A stretch of DNA of 64,000 bases from Camelus dromedarius. Its lineage: Eukaryota. Positions within the stretch are counted from its first letter, which is position 1. Each line of letters opens with the position of its first letter. Positions 50,915 through 64,000 of this stretch are shown one piece after another. Position numbers and translations under genes: made by a program. Where the stretch lies: assembly GCF_036321535.1 (NCBI RefSeq), contig NC_087453.1, positions 23,560,001 through 23,624,000 on the forward strand, read 5' to 3'. The notes below the pieces were generated by a model, which made no database searches, was not told where the DNA came from, and was given only the letters and a program-made list of their open reading frames with translations.

Positions 50915-51430
50915 TCAACTACCTATTGCTGCATAACAAACATTCCAAAGTAGAGCAGCTTCAAATAACTTGATTATGCTCCTACATTCTGCGGGTGAAG
51001 ACTTCAGAAATGGCACAGTGGGGATGGCATGTAATTGTCCTACCAAGGACCCTGAACTGGGAAGACTCATAGCTGAGATTGACTTGATTCTGGGGGCAGA
51101 ATTTTCGGGAGGGAACTGGACTTACATGTCTGGCCTTTGATGCTGGCTGTTAGCTGGGACCTCAGCTGGGGCTGGACTGTCCATGTGGCCAGGGCTTCCT
51201 CATGAAGCATGGCTGCCTCAGACTTCCTACATGGAAGCTCGTCTCCAAGGCTTGTGTCCCAAAAGGACTAGACCAAAACTTCATGACCTGTTATGACCCA
51301 GCATCGGAAGTCACACAGCATCACTTCCACCACACTTCAGTGGTCACTCCAGATTCAGTGGGAGAGGACACAGACCCCATCTTTTGCTGGCAAGGGTGTC
51401 AAAGAATTTTGGGGCATATTTTTAAATGAC
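50915..51430 (-). mobile_element. MLT1 (G/H-like) LTR
   Basis: CTATTGCTGCATAACAAAC...GGCTGTTAGCTGGGACCTCAGCTGGGGC...GAAGTCACACAGCATCACTTCCACCACA. Confidence 0.65.
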
Positions 51431-53739
51431 CACAATATTCATGTAAAAAGAAGACAATGAGCAACAACACAACTCTGCCCACCCAGAGAAAACCGCAATC
51501 AACATCTTGGCGGCTACTTCACAGAAACTTTTTTCTTATTGATTTTAGAACACTGGGTTAATTTTAAGCCAAATTTCTTTTCCTTAAAAGTGAGAGAAAC
51601 CCAATGCAAACTAATGTAAGCAATAAAAGAAATGTATTGGATCATAGAATTGAAAATCCCATAGATCTCACTTCAGGAGAAGGTGGATCCAGAAGCTAGA
51701 TAAGTGTCACCAGGATCTGTCTTACTACACCTCTCGGTTCTACTTTCTCTTAGCTGGTTTCATCTCAGGCAAGCTCTCCACCATGGTGGCAAAAGGCACA
51801 CTACAGCTCATGGCACGCCTGGTCCTCAGTCTTTATACCTGTAGAAAGAGAGTTGCTTTTCACCTGAGAGGTCTACCCTCATCCTGGGGATGGCCTCCAC
51901 TGGCCCAGCGTGAGTCATGAGCTCAGGGCGACCTCTAATGAGTGGCCTGCCCGAGAGTATCCTGGGGAGATGAAAACTCATGTCCACCACAGGGATTATA
52001 CCACACGTGCAGTTTTGTTCCCTGCTTTTTTTTCTGATTAACTTTACATCCACGTCTATGAATATGCTTCCAATAACACCATTTAGAATGACCCTATGGG
52101 TGGATGCACCATTATTTAATTAAGTTCCCTGTTGTCAAACATTTAGATATTTCCAATTCTTTCACTGCAACAATCAGCACAGTATGCCTTTTAACTACAT
52201 CTTTGCAAACATCCACCAAATATTATTTCTAGATGTGGAATTGCTAAGTCAAAGGACATGCAGGTTTTTAATGCACTTTTTCGTCACACTGTCTTTGCGA
52301 AATGTTGTAACACCCTATACTCCCACCTACATGATTTAAGATTGCTGATTCCTCCCCAACCATACCCATCCTGGGTCCTAACACTTTAGTAACAAAACCT
52401 TTGGCAAACAGACAAAATGGCATTTTGTGATTTCAATTTGCATTTCTCTTATTGCTAGTGAGGCTCAATGAATTTCAATTCCTCCTGTATAAATGGCATT
52501 CCCCGGAAGAGAAGCAAAATGCCTTTAAGAGTGGACTGGCCCAGAGCCCACAGCCCCCAGTCCCTGAGAGACAGTGGGGCACTGATTGTAATGATAATTT
52601 AAATAATAATGGCTACTGTCATAAAGCTTTTATTACGATCAAGGGTTGTGCCCAACACTCTCCACTCACCATCGTGTTTAGCTTCCTCAGACATCATGTA
52701 TCACCCCAACCATTAGGGGCTTGTAGAGCTTTACTCACAGGTCCCAGTTTCATGGCAATAAAAATCTCCCTCAAGATTTCTGCAAAGGGATTTGCTTTAC
52801 TGCGCCCCCTGCAGGAAAGTCTCAGTTTCGTGCCCTCTCTCCTCAGCTTTTTATTTGTCCAAGAGCTCTACTCACACAGAGCATTTTGTAAGTTTTGTCA
52901 ATTTGAATACAGCCTTGGCAGCTGCAGGAAGCAGGCAACAGGCTTACTGCTCCCTGTCTGGGCAACTTCATCTTTTCTTGTTTTCTCTCTCCGTCTCAGG
53001 AGCAAAATACATCCCTCTCCCTGTCTGTTCAGCAGCTTGGGAGTTGCCTTGGGTGGTTTAAACATGCCCTGGTAAGGGTGAGGATGTGTCTGCCACCCTC
53101 CACAGACTCACTGAGTCTTATTTTATTTCCATACAAATGACATGGGGGAAAATGGAAAATAAAATGTTCTCTCTGGCTTTTAATATCTATAAGGTAGGGG
53201 CTAATGCTGCCCCATTTTATAGGTGGAGAAAACTGAGGCTAAAAGAAATACAACAATTTGTGTGAGGTTCTACAGTCACACCATCTAAGAAACTCTGAAA
53301 GATGCTGTCCTGGCAACAGGAACTAACTACTGACCCTGAACTTGCAGCCCATCTTCTTGCTCCCATGCCTTCCCTCCTGCTTCTCACTGACTGTACCACA
53401 TTCTCCCATCATCCCCATGCCTGCCGCACAAAGAGACCGTATCCCCATCCTTCAACCTGCAGAGCAGAACTCAGCCTGTAAAAGCTGGAGAGCTCTGTTG
53501 GACCCACACCAATCTCAGCATGAAAGGTAAGAAAACGTGATCTTGAGACCTATTCCTCCAGCACCCCCAGCGCTCAGCCCTGAGAACAAGGCGCCTGGAG
53601 CAACTCTCGAGTTGGGCACAGCTCCCCGGCACATGGGCAGAGATCAGCCTGTACCAAGTACCAAGGCTGACGACTGACTCATTTGCCCAGATCCTTCCCG
53701 TTTTCTCAGCTCAGGCAGTTCCTGACGCAGAGCTGAAAA

Positions 53740-54130
53740 TTCTCCTCTGCCTCATTGTGTGCCTGTTCATGGGGGCGGGGGCTTTGGGTAGATTTCTGAA
53801 AAGCAATTATGCTTATTACTGGTTAGGATTTCAGAAACCTTCTCTGTTTGCTGAATGCATTAATTTGCAGCCCTTTCCATCACTCACTCTTCCTGACAGC
53901 CCCATTTTGCAGGTGGAAAAATGTGCAGATGGAGAGCAGCGGAGAAAGGCTGTAACAAAAAACCAAAGATGGAAGAGAGATTCAAAGGTGGAAAGAGACC
54001 TTCCTGATGACATTGGTGCCTGTGGCATTCCCAGGGCTTCACCCTGGACATCTCAGTCATGTAAGCCAATAAATCTCCTCTTTAACTTAAACCAGTTCGA
54101 GCTGGCTTTCTCCTACTTGCCATCACAGTC
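53740..54130 (+). mobile_element. MLT1/ERVL-type LTR
   Basis: Ends GACATCTCAGTCATGTAAGCCAATAAATCTCCTC...AAACCAGTTCGAGCTGGCTTTCT...CACA. Confidence 0.55.
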
Positions 54131-57100
54131 TTCTATTATGACTCTTATTTGTGGTGTCTTTTTTTAAAAAAAGTGTATCTGTTTATATACATATATACAC
54201 ATATACAAACTAAATGTTAGTATTAAATATACGTAACATTTTAGCTTGTTTTACAAAATAAAGGCTCATTAAAAAAATTGAAACCATACAGAATGATACA
54301 AGACACAGATTTGGGGTTAAGCATAACCAGTGAAGCCTGTGGGCTTCCTCTGCCCTCTTCCACATTCCCACTGCAATTAAAGAGATAAAAGAGGTGACCC
54401 GCAGGGTGAACAGAACTCACGAGAAGACAACAGCAATGAAACACTGAGGCTCTGTAGCCAATGGGCAAATGGTGACTGATCAGCCGATAAGAAAGCTGAA
54501 CCCTGCGCAAGGCAGCGGAGACAGCGGAGAAGCAGAAAAGCCACCCCACTTATGCTCTGGGTTCCCCCAAAAGGCTCAGGAGTTGGAGGTGTCATGTGCC
54601 TCTTAAAACAAGTAGCACAGGAAATGGCAGGTTTGTTAAAAACCCATAAAAGAAGTGATTAAGGCCTCTGGCAGAGGACCCCTTTCTCAGGCAGAAGATT
54701 AGAGAGTGTCTTTCTGGCCTGAAGCAGGACACCCTGGCCTTGGGATGGAGGTGGGGGTTGCAGGGTGGGGGGTTCCAGCCAGAAATCAGGAAGAGGCTGA
54801 GTGAAGTGAGAGGCAGAATCTGAAGGCTGAGGCCTCATTCTTCTCTGGCCTCATTCTTCTCTCTACTTTGAGAGTCAGGCTTTTACTCTACCAGGCAGGC
54901 AACCAGAAGGTTCTACTCTGGGAAAAATGAGCCTCCCAAGAGAAAAGGCACAGGCAGCTGGGGTTTCCCACAAATAGACAGCCCAGCCAATCAGTCCCTT
55001 CCCCACCAACACCTTTCTCCGATGCATTTATTTACATGCGTAATTGCTTACAAAAGAGGGAAGGTTGTGACTACTCACACTGTTCTGCCACTTGCTTTTT
55101 TAATTTAATAAGGTCCTATGGACTCAGCCCACGTCTGTGCAATAGACTTAAATCTATGAAGAATAGGACGTTCACGCAGTCTCCCAGTATCACTCACAGG
55201 TTACTTATGTACAGGGGGAGGGGGTTGCTTTCCAGTGAGAAATTTGCCGCACAGTGCTTTAACCAAAGGATCAAATTTGATGTCAGGAATAAGTGACACG
55301 CTGATACCACATGTCTTTTTATGTGATGCCCTAACAAGGACACAACATTACTTCCAAGACATGCCCACCTCAAACACACACCTTGATTCCAACCAGGAGC
55401 AAACAGACAAATCCAGAAAATGACTAGACTCTTCAAAAAAGGTCAATGTTATGGGAGGGGAAAAAAAATCTAGAAATAAACTGTTCTAGATTGAAGGCAA
55501 CTAAAGAGATTTGACAACTTAAATGGAGAGGAATTCTAGATTGGAAAGAAACTAGCTAAAAAGGACATTTGGGGGACAAATTCGAATAGAGAGCGTAAGT
55601 TTGAGTATATAATGCATAGAACGTATTTATGAATGTCTTAACGTCGAATTTCCTGAGTGTAGCGTAAATATGGCAAAATGTTAGCAACTGGTACAGCTAA
55701 GTAAAGGATACATGGGCGTTTGCTGTACTTCCCTTGCAAGTCTTCAGTAGGCTTGCAATTTTTCAAAATAAAAAAGCTGAGGGCATGAGGGAGTTGGCAC
55801 TGGAGTCTGAGCCACAGGATTCATTTAGGAAGGTGACTCAACTTCTTTAAGTGCCTTCTCTGTCAAAGGGTGGTAAGAATAGAACCTACCTCGTGAGCCT
55901 GTTAAATTAAATGAGATGATGCCTGCGAGTGCGTATCAGAGTTCCTGACATAGTAAATGTTAACTGTCATTATCTTCTGCCTCGTTCTTTTTTAATGGAT
56001 ACATAATTCCACTGTCTTGAGTTTCTCTTGAGTTAGGCAAGCAAGTCATCACCCAGCTAATGAGGGCTGCTGTTTTCTTGTCAGTGCCAGAGAAGGGGGT
56101 CACAGTTTGTGCGGGCTGCTAGGGAGTGGAGCACAAAGACGTCTTGCTCTAGCTGATGTATCTGGGTGCCTGACTGGTAGACACCTGTGGTTTCAGAGCC
56201 CCTTTCCCCACCTCCTTCGGCTAACAGAAACCCCTTTTCAGCTGGGAACCCATTCAGCGTGGTTTGAGTTGGGTTCACTCTGCTTCCTCTATTGCTACCA
56301 GGGTAGCCACCCACCCAGGTTCAGATAAAGCTCTCTCCTCCAGGCCACAGCAGTTACTTATAGGATAAGCATCATCCTTTACACAGGGTTCTTCCCGGGA
56401 AATCTTGCCACCATGATCTGGAATACCTACGATGAAGCAGAAATGCAGAAGCCGATAAAGCCCAGCCCTGGCCCCAGGCAATCCTTGGGTCTAGGAGGGG
56501 AGACTGACAAGATACAGGTCCAGCGGTCTAGAATCCCAACCCCCCCCCCCACAAAGATCAATACTTTTCATTCCTTTGTCATTTCTTCAAATGAGGCCCC
56601 TAAATTGAACTTCTCAGGAACGGGCTTTATCTGCAAGGCAGAGGTTTAAGGTTCTCTCCAAAAGACCTGGAAGGAGCAATTTCCTCCCAATTACCACTAG
56701 TTTCTCGTCAACACCATTCCCTTGGGAGGCATTACAGAGGGGAGATGGCACCAGATGATACTGTCAGGGAACCCGCGCACTATTAAATAACTTCTGAAAA
56801 TTCCCAAGGTTTAATGACAACGCTTTTCCTTTGAACTCCTAACTCCTTTTTTCAAAGAGCACTCTCCAGCTATTTCATTTTATTGTGTTCAGACCATCCT
56901 TTGACGCAAATGGGACAAATACAGTCATATCCGTTCCTCTGATGGCAGAGGGGGTGGTGCAGTGTCAAGCAGAAAAGCACCAGTTCCGGAGGCAGAAACT
57001 GCCAGCATTCACTCTTGGCTCTGACAGCAGCTTGTAACCTGGGGCCAGTGACTCTGTTTCTTGGAGCCTTGGTTCCCTCATCTGCAAAATGGAGATTTAA

Positions 57101-59825
57101 AAAAAAGTCCCTACTTCATAGCCTTGTGGTAAAGCTCAAATGAAATAATGAATGCAATGGCCAAACTTGGCATGTAGTAAGTGCTCAATAAATTTTAGCT
57201 ATTATTATTATTGTTATTACAGGCAGTCCAGAGGTGACAGAGATAGACAAGCAATTGGAGAGCTGGCAGAAGCATGGTGTTAGACGTGGAGGTAGATACA
57301 GAAGGTCAAGGAAATTGTGCCTGCTCTCTAACATCTCACCACTAGATTGGGGAAATGGGAAAAATGCAGTGACAAATGAAACAATAATGCTAGTAATGAA
57401 GAAGGAGCCCCCTATAAAAGATGTTCCCAGGTCACACTGACACTCATACATGCAGTTCAGGCATTGGCGTGAGCTCCACAGAGTAAGGATGGGAACTAAT
57501 TCATCTCTGGCTGGGAATCAGCATAGCATCAACCCCAAGAAGATGCTCAGGTGCACACGCAGACATTTGTTACAGACAAATGTGGTTTGAGAAGTGTCTT
57601 GATAAACTCTTGCAGGAAAGTCATGGCAGGGGTCATGGAGTTGGTCTGGTCTAGAATTCAGGTCTACGTGATGCCCAAGCCCCTGATCTTTCTATGACAA
57701 CCCACTGTCTTCACTGATTTTTCTCTACATCTTCACAAACTCTGAAGCAGAAGAGGTGCTCATTCCGCACTGGTGGAGGGGATGGAAGGGTGGGTGGATG
57801 GCGGGTTGCAGAGCAATGAATGGATGATATATGAATGGAAAGTAGAGGGTAGAGGGACAGTAGACAGATGAATGGATGGATTACGGCTTGATAGCTGCAT
57901 AGCGGATGGATGGGTGGACAGGGGCTGGAAAAATGGTGTGGATGAATAGTTGGATAGTTGAAAGATGAAAGGATGATGAAGAGAAGGATGAGGGTGGATA
58001 AATGGACAGAGGTTCAGACTTGCTTTTACTTAAAATCTCATGAGATATAACCTATAGTTTGGGCAGTAGCCCAGGGTGAAGTGCAATCAAGTACAGTTAG
58101 GTACTTAACAGCTCAGTACTTCTTGTTAAATGACAGCTACTTCACAATAGCTAAGTACTGTTGCTCAGTACTTACTATTTGCCAGAGCCTGTGCCAAGCC
58201 CTTTACAGGGATCATCTTACAAAAGTCCCAAAGTCATTATTATTATACCCATAAGGAGCTAGAGCTTAGAGAGACATGTCTCCAAGGTGCACAGCATGTA
58301 ACTGGCAGAATCAGGACTCAGACTCAGGCTGCTGAGAACTCCAAGCTCCTGTCTTAACCTCAGCGGTCAATTTCTGTGATTGACATTTTTCTTCACAGAA
58401 GAGGCTCATAACACCAACTAGGCATCAGGAAATATTTCCCCAGGGAAGGAGACACCTGAACTGAGTCTTAAAGGCCAGGAGACCAAAGGGCTTTCGGGGC
58501 AGAAAGGAGATGTACAAGCTCTTCCCACATGTGAGAGGGAAGCAGGAAAAAATACAAGACTGTAAAGACAGGCGAGGACAAAATCACAGAGGGTCTTGAA
58601 TACCATAGATGGAATAATTAACAGTAATATTAGAAGTAATGAATACTATGAGTCAAGCATTCCACCAAGTACTTTTACTTGTATTAGCTCATCCATCCTC
58701 TCAAATATGTGAGATTAGTTGCCACTGTTACCCTGATTTGAGAACGCTGAGCCTGTGATTTAGTAACTTACTGAAGGTTTTACCACTAATAAGTGGCAGT
58801 CAAGACTTGAACCCGGGTCTCTCTGACTCCAAAGTCCGTGTTCTTAAGCACCATGCTGTACTGCCCTGAGTTTAACTTTATCCATTTCACTAGGGTTTGG
58901 ACTTCACCCTGTCCAATGGGATGCCATTGAAGCTTTTAAACAGGGAAACGGCCTGAAAAATGTACATATGAGAAATATCCCCTCTGATGACTATGCAGGT
59001 TAGACAGAGGAAGACAAAACTGGGCTCTCCCATAAGTCCACCTTGGGAATTTTCCATGTGCCTGCCTTTGCCTAGACAGCCCGCCCTCACCTCCCAGATC
59101 CCTGAGCCCATTTACTGGATGGGAGACAAGATAACTGATTCTCTGTGTGACCTTATGAGGCCCTGACCTCACCGCACCTCGGATTCTGCATGGCATGTGA
59201 AGGCGCAGGCTCACAGATGCCTGGCACTCTCTCCAGCTCTGCCACTCTGCTTCCCTTTGATCTTTTCTGGGACTGAGTGGCTAAGTGTGCCACTTCCAGC
59301 CACTCATAGCAGCCTCAGGAAAGTTGACATCTGCATTTTTTTTTCACACTATCATGAAGTTGCAAAGGCTCCTCCTCCCAATATAAAAGAGTTATTTTTG
59401 GCCACTGTTCAAAGCTTTGTTCTCCTAGCTAGCCCTCCGGTGTCATCGCCAGCTTGTCTCTACAGAATCCTCTTCAAGACACCTTTGCCTTCCAGACCCA
59501 CTAACTCCAAGGGAAGCTATTTATAAGCCCCTGACAGTGTTTAATTGCTGATTGAGTCTAGCTGAGGAGTTGTCAACAAGTAGCTTTATACCGGAGATTG
59601 GTTCCCAAAATGGCCCGCAGACGTGTCAACTGTCACTCGCTTGAGAACTGGGGAAAGTTTGTATTCCATTTAAATGCAGTCTGGGAACTAAAGTTGGGGG
59701 TTGGGGGGGGGGAGTCGTAAACCAAATGGTGAACATGGCCTCTGGCTTGTGCCCTGGAGAGAACTTGGGTAGGACCAGCCCTTTCCGTCTTAGTGGAAAG
59801 GCAGGTACTAATGAGCGTGGGGACT

Positions 59826-60050
59826 AGAGTGTGGTGCTTATGGGTGTGGGCTTTGGAACCAGACTGCCTGGGTTCAAGCCCCGCTCCTTTATGGGTGATA
59901 CAACCTTAAGCAAGTCACATAACATCTCTGTGCCTCAGTTTCCCCACATGGAAAACGTATCACGGGTTTAAGTGAGTCGCTGTGCATGACGTCATAAGAA
60001 CAGTAATCAAGAACAAAGTAATTGCTCAACAAAATGTTGTATATTATTAT
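59826..60050 (+). mobile_element. Near full-length MIR
   Basis: GGCTTTGGAACCAGACTGCCTGGGTTCAAGCCCC...CTCTGTGCCTCAGTTTCCCCAC. Confidence 0.75.
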
Positions 60051-60109
60051 TATTAGGATTCCAGGGACTGTGAGAGACCCAACTATCCTGAAATAAATAT
60101 ACTGTAAGG

Positions 60110-60285
60110 CTGTGGTCCTCAAATTGTTCTCCCAGCTTACCAGGCAAACTTGTTAGAAATGCAAATTCTCCGACCCCACCCAGGCCCACTGAATCAGCCT
60201 CTCTGGGGGTGGGGACTGTCATAAATCCGGGCTTTAACAGACCCTCTGGGTGACACTGATGCACAGTGAAGTCTGAGAACCATAA
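60110..60285. mobile_element. MER5A-like hAT-Charlie DNA transposon (MITE)
   Basis: Terminal inverted repeats CTGTGGTCCTCAAA / TCTGAGAACCA; internal CTTGTTAGAAATGCAAATTCTC...ACTGAATCAG. Confidence 0.75.
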
Positions 60286-61374
60286 GCGTCCCTCCTTCCT
60301 CCTAAAACACCCCTAGCGACCCTTCCTTTAAGCTGGATAAAGATGGCAGCAGTGACTGCGACTCGGGGCAGGTCTGCCCCTTTGCCTGAGCCACAGTGTT
60401 CCCTGTTGTGAAATGGGTGAAAATACAGGATTGTTGTGAGGAACCAGTGAAATTAGGGAAATGACAAGCCTGACTGGCCCATCCTACCTCGGTTTTGTCT
60501 TCCCGGAAGATACTAGGAAAACGTCCCTGGGACGAAAAGTTGGCCACCACTGATTTAAGTTTGGTTCCCTGGCTTTGGAAACATACATACCTTTGCAGTA
60601 AAGAGAAACCCAAATGAGAGGTGAGGCTCCGGGTGACTTTCAGCAGGTGGCCCCCTCCTCTCTAGGTTCCATTTGTAAACCTGGGAGCAGAGGGCCTCCA
60701 GACCAAGTGACTAGGGGGAGAGGAACAGCTTCAGAATGACCAGGACTCAAATCCTGGCTCCAGCTGAGTGACATGGGCGATTTATTACACCTTTTGGAGC
60801 CATTGAAAAGGAAAATAATCATCTCCCCTCTTCAAGGCTGTTGAGACAACTAAATAAGATCTCTTACCCAGGAGACTCTTATTAAACACCTATTATATAC
60901 AGCTCTGTTCTTGTCCTGCAGATACAGTGGTCACCAAGACAGATGTACTCCTGCCCTCGTGAAGCGAACATTTTAAAGAGGGAGACAGACATTCCATATC
61001 TAGTTACAAAGTTACTTATCTTATTACCATTGCGATAAATACACGGTGACATAAGAGGGACCCAGTCTGATGTGTGGGGCTAAGGGCAGGTGAGGAAGTA
61101 ATATTTGGTTTGAGAGCAGGTCTGGACTCAGTGGGCAAAACTTCAGCAAAACTGCAGAATCTTGAAGGCCACCTTGAGAATTCTGAGCAATAAGAAGAAA
61201 CAGAGAACTTTCAGCAGGGACATGAAGTGATCAAATCTGAATGACAGACCTGTTTTCTATCTTGATGACAGTGTTGGTTAACTGACTCTGAGTGTTTGTC
61301 CAGATTCACAGAACTGCATCGTTTTTTAGTGTTCAGTGAATTTTACTGATATTGTTTATGAATAATACCTTTTA

Positions 61375-62010
61375 AAAAAACAACAGATTTAAAGGGCAGA
61401 AGACCTAAATAGGACATTTCTCCAAAGAAGACATCCAGATGGCTAACAGGCACATGAAAAGATGCTCAATATTGCTATTTATTGGAGAAATAGAAATCAA
61501 AACTACAATGAGGTATCACCTCCCAACAGTCAGAATGGGCATTACAAATAATAAATGCTGGAGAAGGNNNNNNNNNNNNNNNNNNNNNNNNNNNNNNNNN
61601 NNNNNNNNNNNNNNNNNNNNNNNNNNNNNNNNNNNNNNNNNNNNNNNNNNNNNNNNNNNNNNNNNNNNNNNNNNNNNNNNNNNNNNNNNNNNNNNNNNNN
61701 NNNNNNNNNCAGAGAAAACTGTAATTTGAANNNNNNNNNNNNNNNNNNNNNNNNNNNNNNNNNNNNNNNNNNNNNNNNNNNNNNNNNNNNNNNNNNNNNN
61801 NNNNNNNNNNNNNNNNNNNNNNNNNNNNNNNNNNNNNNNNNNNNNNNNNNNNNNNNNNNNNNNNNNNNNNNNNNNNNNNNNNNNNNNNNNNNNNNNNNNN
61901 NNNNNNNNNNNNNNNNNNTTCTGAGTGAAGTAAGTCAGACATAGAAAAGAGAAAGACAGATATGATATGATATCACTTATATGTGGAATCTAAAAAAATG
62001 ATATAAAAAA
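61375..62010 (+). mobile_element. L1 (L1MA-like) 3' region with two N gaps
   Basis: CATTTCTCCAAAGAAGACATCCAGATGGCTAACAGGCACATGAAAAGATGCTCAA...CTGAGTGAAGTAAGTCAGAC...TCACTTATATGTGGAATCTAAAAA. Confidence 0.9.
61568..61918. other. Two assembly gaps (61568-61709, 61731-61918) within L1
   Basis: N runs separated by 21 called bases. Confidence 0.99.
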
Positions 62011-62559
62011 ACCCCAACAGATTTGCTACAGAGAGGGAATAGATTGGGCTGGAGAACAATTAGAAGGTCTTTACAGGTGAGAGATAAGAGATGACTGTGC
62101 CTGTACTGGCGAGTGGTGGTGAGGATAGCGAAGGGGGTGGATTCAAGAGCTAGTTAGGAGGGAAGTATATACACAAAATACCACACAGCATGAGGCTGGC
62201 ATCTTGTAGGCTCACTCTCAAAGCTCTCTCATATCATCTATATGAGCCTTAAGAACACATAGACAACTTTCAAGTGTGTATCTGCAGTTCCTGCCAATTA
62301 GAGCACGCTATGGCCTTGTAGGTTCATAAGAGAAAGGAACCAGGGACAGAGATGAGTGGGCAAAGGCATCTTTGGAGACCCAGTGGAACAGAAATTCACA
62401 TATGATCTCATCTACATGTGGAATCTAAATGGTGATCATTTCACAATACACACAAGTAATGAATGTTGTGTACCTGATGTACAACATAATGTTGTATGTC
62501 AATAATTAAATAGTTATTTTTAGAAGAAAACACTTAGGATGTGAACAGGGTCTTGAGTG

Positions 62560-64000
62560 ATGGCTGCAGAGGGACAACTGGCTGCTGTCCATAAGGAGAC
62601 CAAAAACAGTGAACTGTAACACCATGGTAAGCAAATTCATTGACACAGATGAACTTAATAGAGACTCCAGATTTAATGTGTTATCTCACACCCCTGGAGA
62701 TGTCTCTAACTGCTTACTTGGTGATCAACTAAAACTTGAACCTAATGGTGAGTTTAATTTAATGAGTTTGGGATGCTGGAGCCTGGATTTATATGCCTGG
62801 AATTAGACAGAGGAGATAATTCAAAGGCGTAGGGACATCAAAAGGCTTGATTGGATTTGTGATGTGCAATCTTCACAAACTCTATTCCCCAAGAAGACCC
62901 AGAAGACACTGCCTTGACCAAGGCATCAAGTGGGGACACTTGTGTCCCTGAAAGCTCGGTGGTTGCTCTTTTTGAATGATAGGTTCAACTACAGGGAAAG
63001 TCACCGTTGATATGGGTCCCTGATTTCAGTGAAAATGATGGGATCCTGAAGTAGCAGAAGACAAATGGCAGCACTTGACTTTCAGACCAGGTGGGCACAT
63101 GTATATAAAAGGCAATAGGGATGTCCCAGTAATTAGAATGTCTTAGTCCACAGAGGTCTTTGATGATGGCTAATTGATCACAGAGTCCTGGGAACGAAAT
63201 AGATGGGCACCCTATTGGAGAACTGCTTGACTTCTGTAACAGGAAACATTTTAGATCTGGTAGCCAAAAATCTGACTGTCTCCACAGTGAAGAGTCATGG
63301 CTTTACTCGGTTTCAAAGTCTAAGTCAATTCACACATGAAGAGCCCTTTGATTGTAGGGGAGGTGGGTTATTCTTGAAAAATAGCTCTATACCATTGTCT
63401 CAAGTACACACAGTAAATCTTCCTCTAAGAATTTCTGTAGCCACTTGCTAGAGTGACTCTGTTAAGAGGAAAAAAGAAATGTTCAGAGATTACTGTCCAC
63501 TGGCTCTGAACTGACGCTAATTCCTGGGGACCCAAAATGCCCCTGCGGCCCAAAGTGGGTATTGTAGTGTCAGGTGATGGAGTCTCAGCTCAAGTCAGAC
63601 TCATGGCAGACCCAGTCTGTCCCCAAACCCCCACCATGGGTTATGTTCTCAGTTTCTAAATTTTCCATTTAAATAGATATACTTGACAACTTGCAGAGTC
63701 CCCACACTGGCCCTTTGAGCAATGGGATGAGGACCGTTTTGGTAGGAAAGACGGAGTGGGAGCCCTTGGAACTTCCCCTCTTATTGCAGTGGTAAAACTG
63801 AAGCAATACCACATCACTGGGGAAACTGCAAAGATTAATGCTTTTGAAGTAGTGGAAAATAGTAGGAATATTATATCTCCCACTTAACTCTCCAGTTTCA
63901 CCCATGCAGAAGTCAGATGGCTCTTGAAAAATGAGTGTGAACGATTATAAACTTAATCAGGTGGTGATTTCCATTGAAGTTGCTGTTCCAGAAGCGGTAT
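62560..64000 (+). mobile_element. Decayed ERV-L internal region (gag remnant, protease, RT start), runs off the window
   Basis: 63490-63540 reads LLSTGSELTLIPGDPKC (ERV-L protease LLDTGSELTLIPGDPK with catalytic D to S). 63883-63999 reads LNSPVSPMQKSDGS*KMSVNDYKLNQVVISIEVAVPEAV (ERV-L [23 protein letters not shown]-like, with a stop). Confidence 0.88.

Noticed and set aside
52452-53075. 207-aa + strand ORF
   Set aside because: Non-ATG start, begins in decayed L1/MIR sequence, no recognisable domain or codon pattern.
59986-59995. Perfect CRE palindrome ATGACGTCAT
   Set aside because: Single motif inside a MIR about 36 kb from the PDYN TSS with no supporting context. An 8-mer is expected about once by chance in this window.

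Overview
Mammalian genomic DNA, most likely a camelid (alpaca/camel): it carries camelid-type tRNA-derived SINEs and a pig/cattle-type leumorphin C-terminus. The only protein-coding gene is prodynorphin (PDYN), complete on the minus strand. It has four exons (about 23340-23194, 21900-21840, 13153-13009, 11600-about 9365) and encodes a 256-aa precursor with alpha-neoendorphin, dynorphin A and dynorphin B/leumorphin. The promoter (CATAAAA TATA-like box, CCAAT, GC box, DRE-like element), a triple poly(A) signal and a canonical REST/RE1 site about 12 kb upstream can be read directly. The rest is intergenic and rich in old repeats (MIR, L2, L1M, MLT1/LTR16-type LTRs, MER5A, a decayed ERV-L gag-pro-pol at the right edge), with five N gaps in or next to L1 sequence. 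Most notable observations: (1) a 59-bp, 56/59-identical inverted repeat inside PDYN intron 3, built from MIR-derived sequence far too similar to be two independent insertions; (2) an Asp15Asn change in the normally invariant dynorphin A; (3) two SINEs inserted in tandem at one target, giving a triplicated target site; (4) a solo LTR with an intact Oct/NF-Y/TATA promoter pointing antisense toward the PDYN 3' end. Repeat subfamily names are from memory of consensus sequences and most repeat boundaries are approximate.
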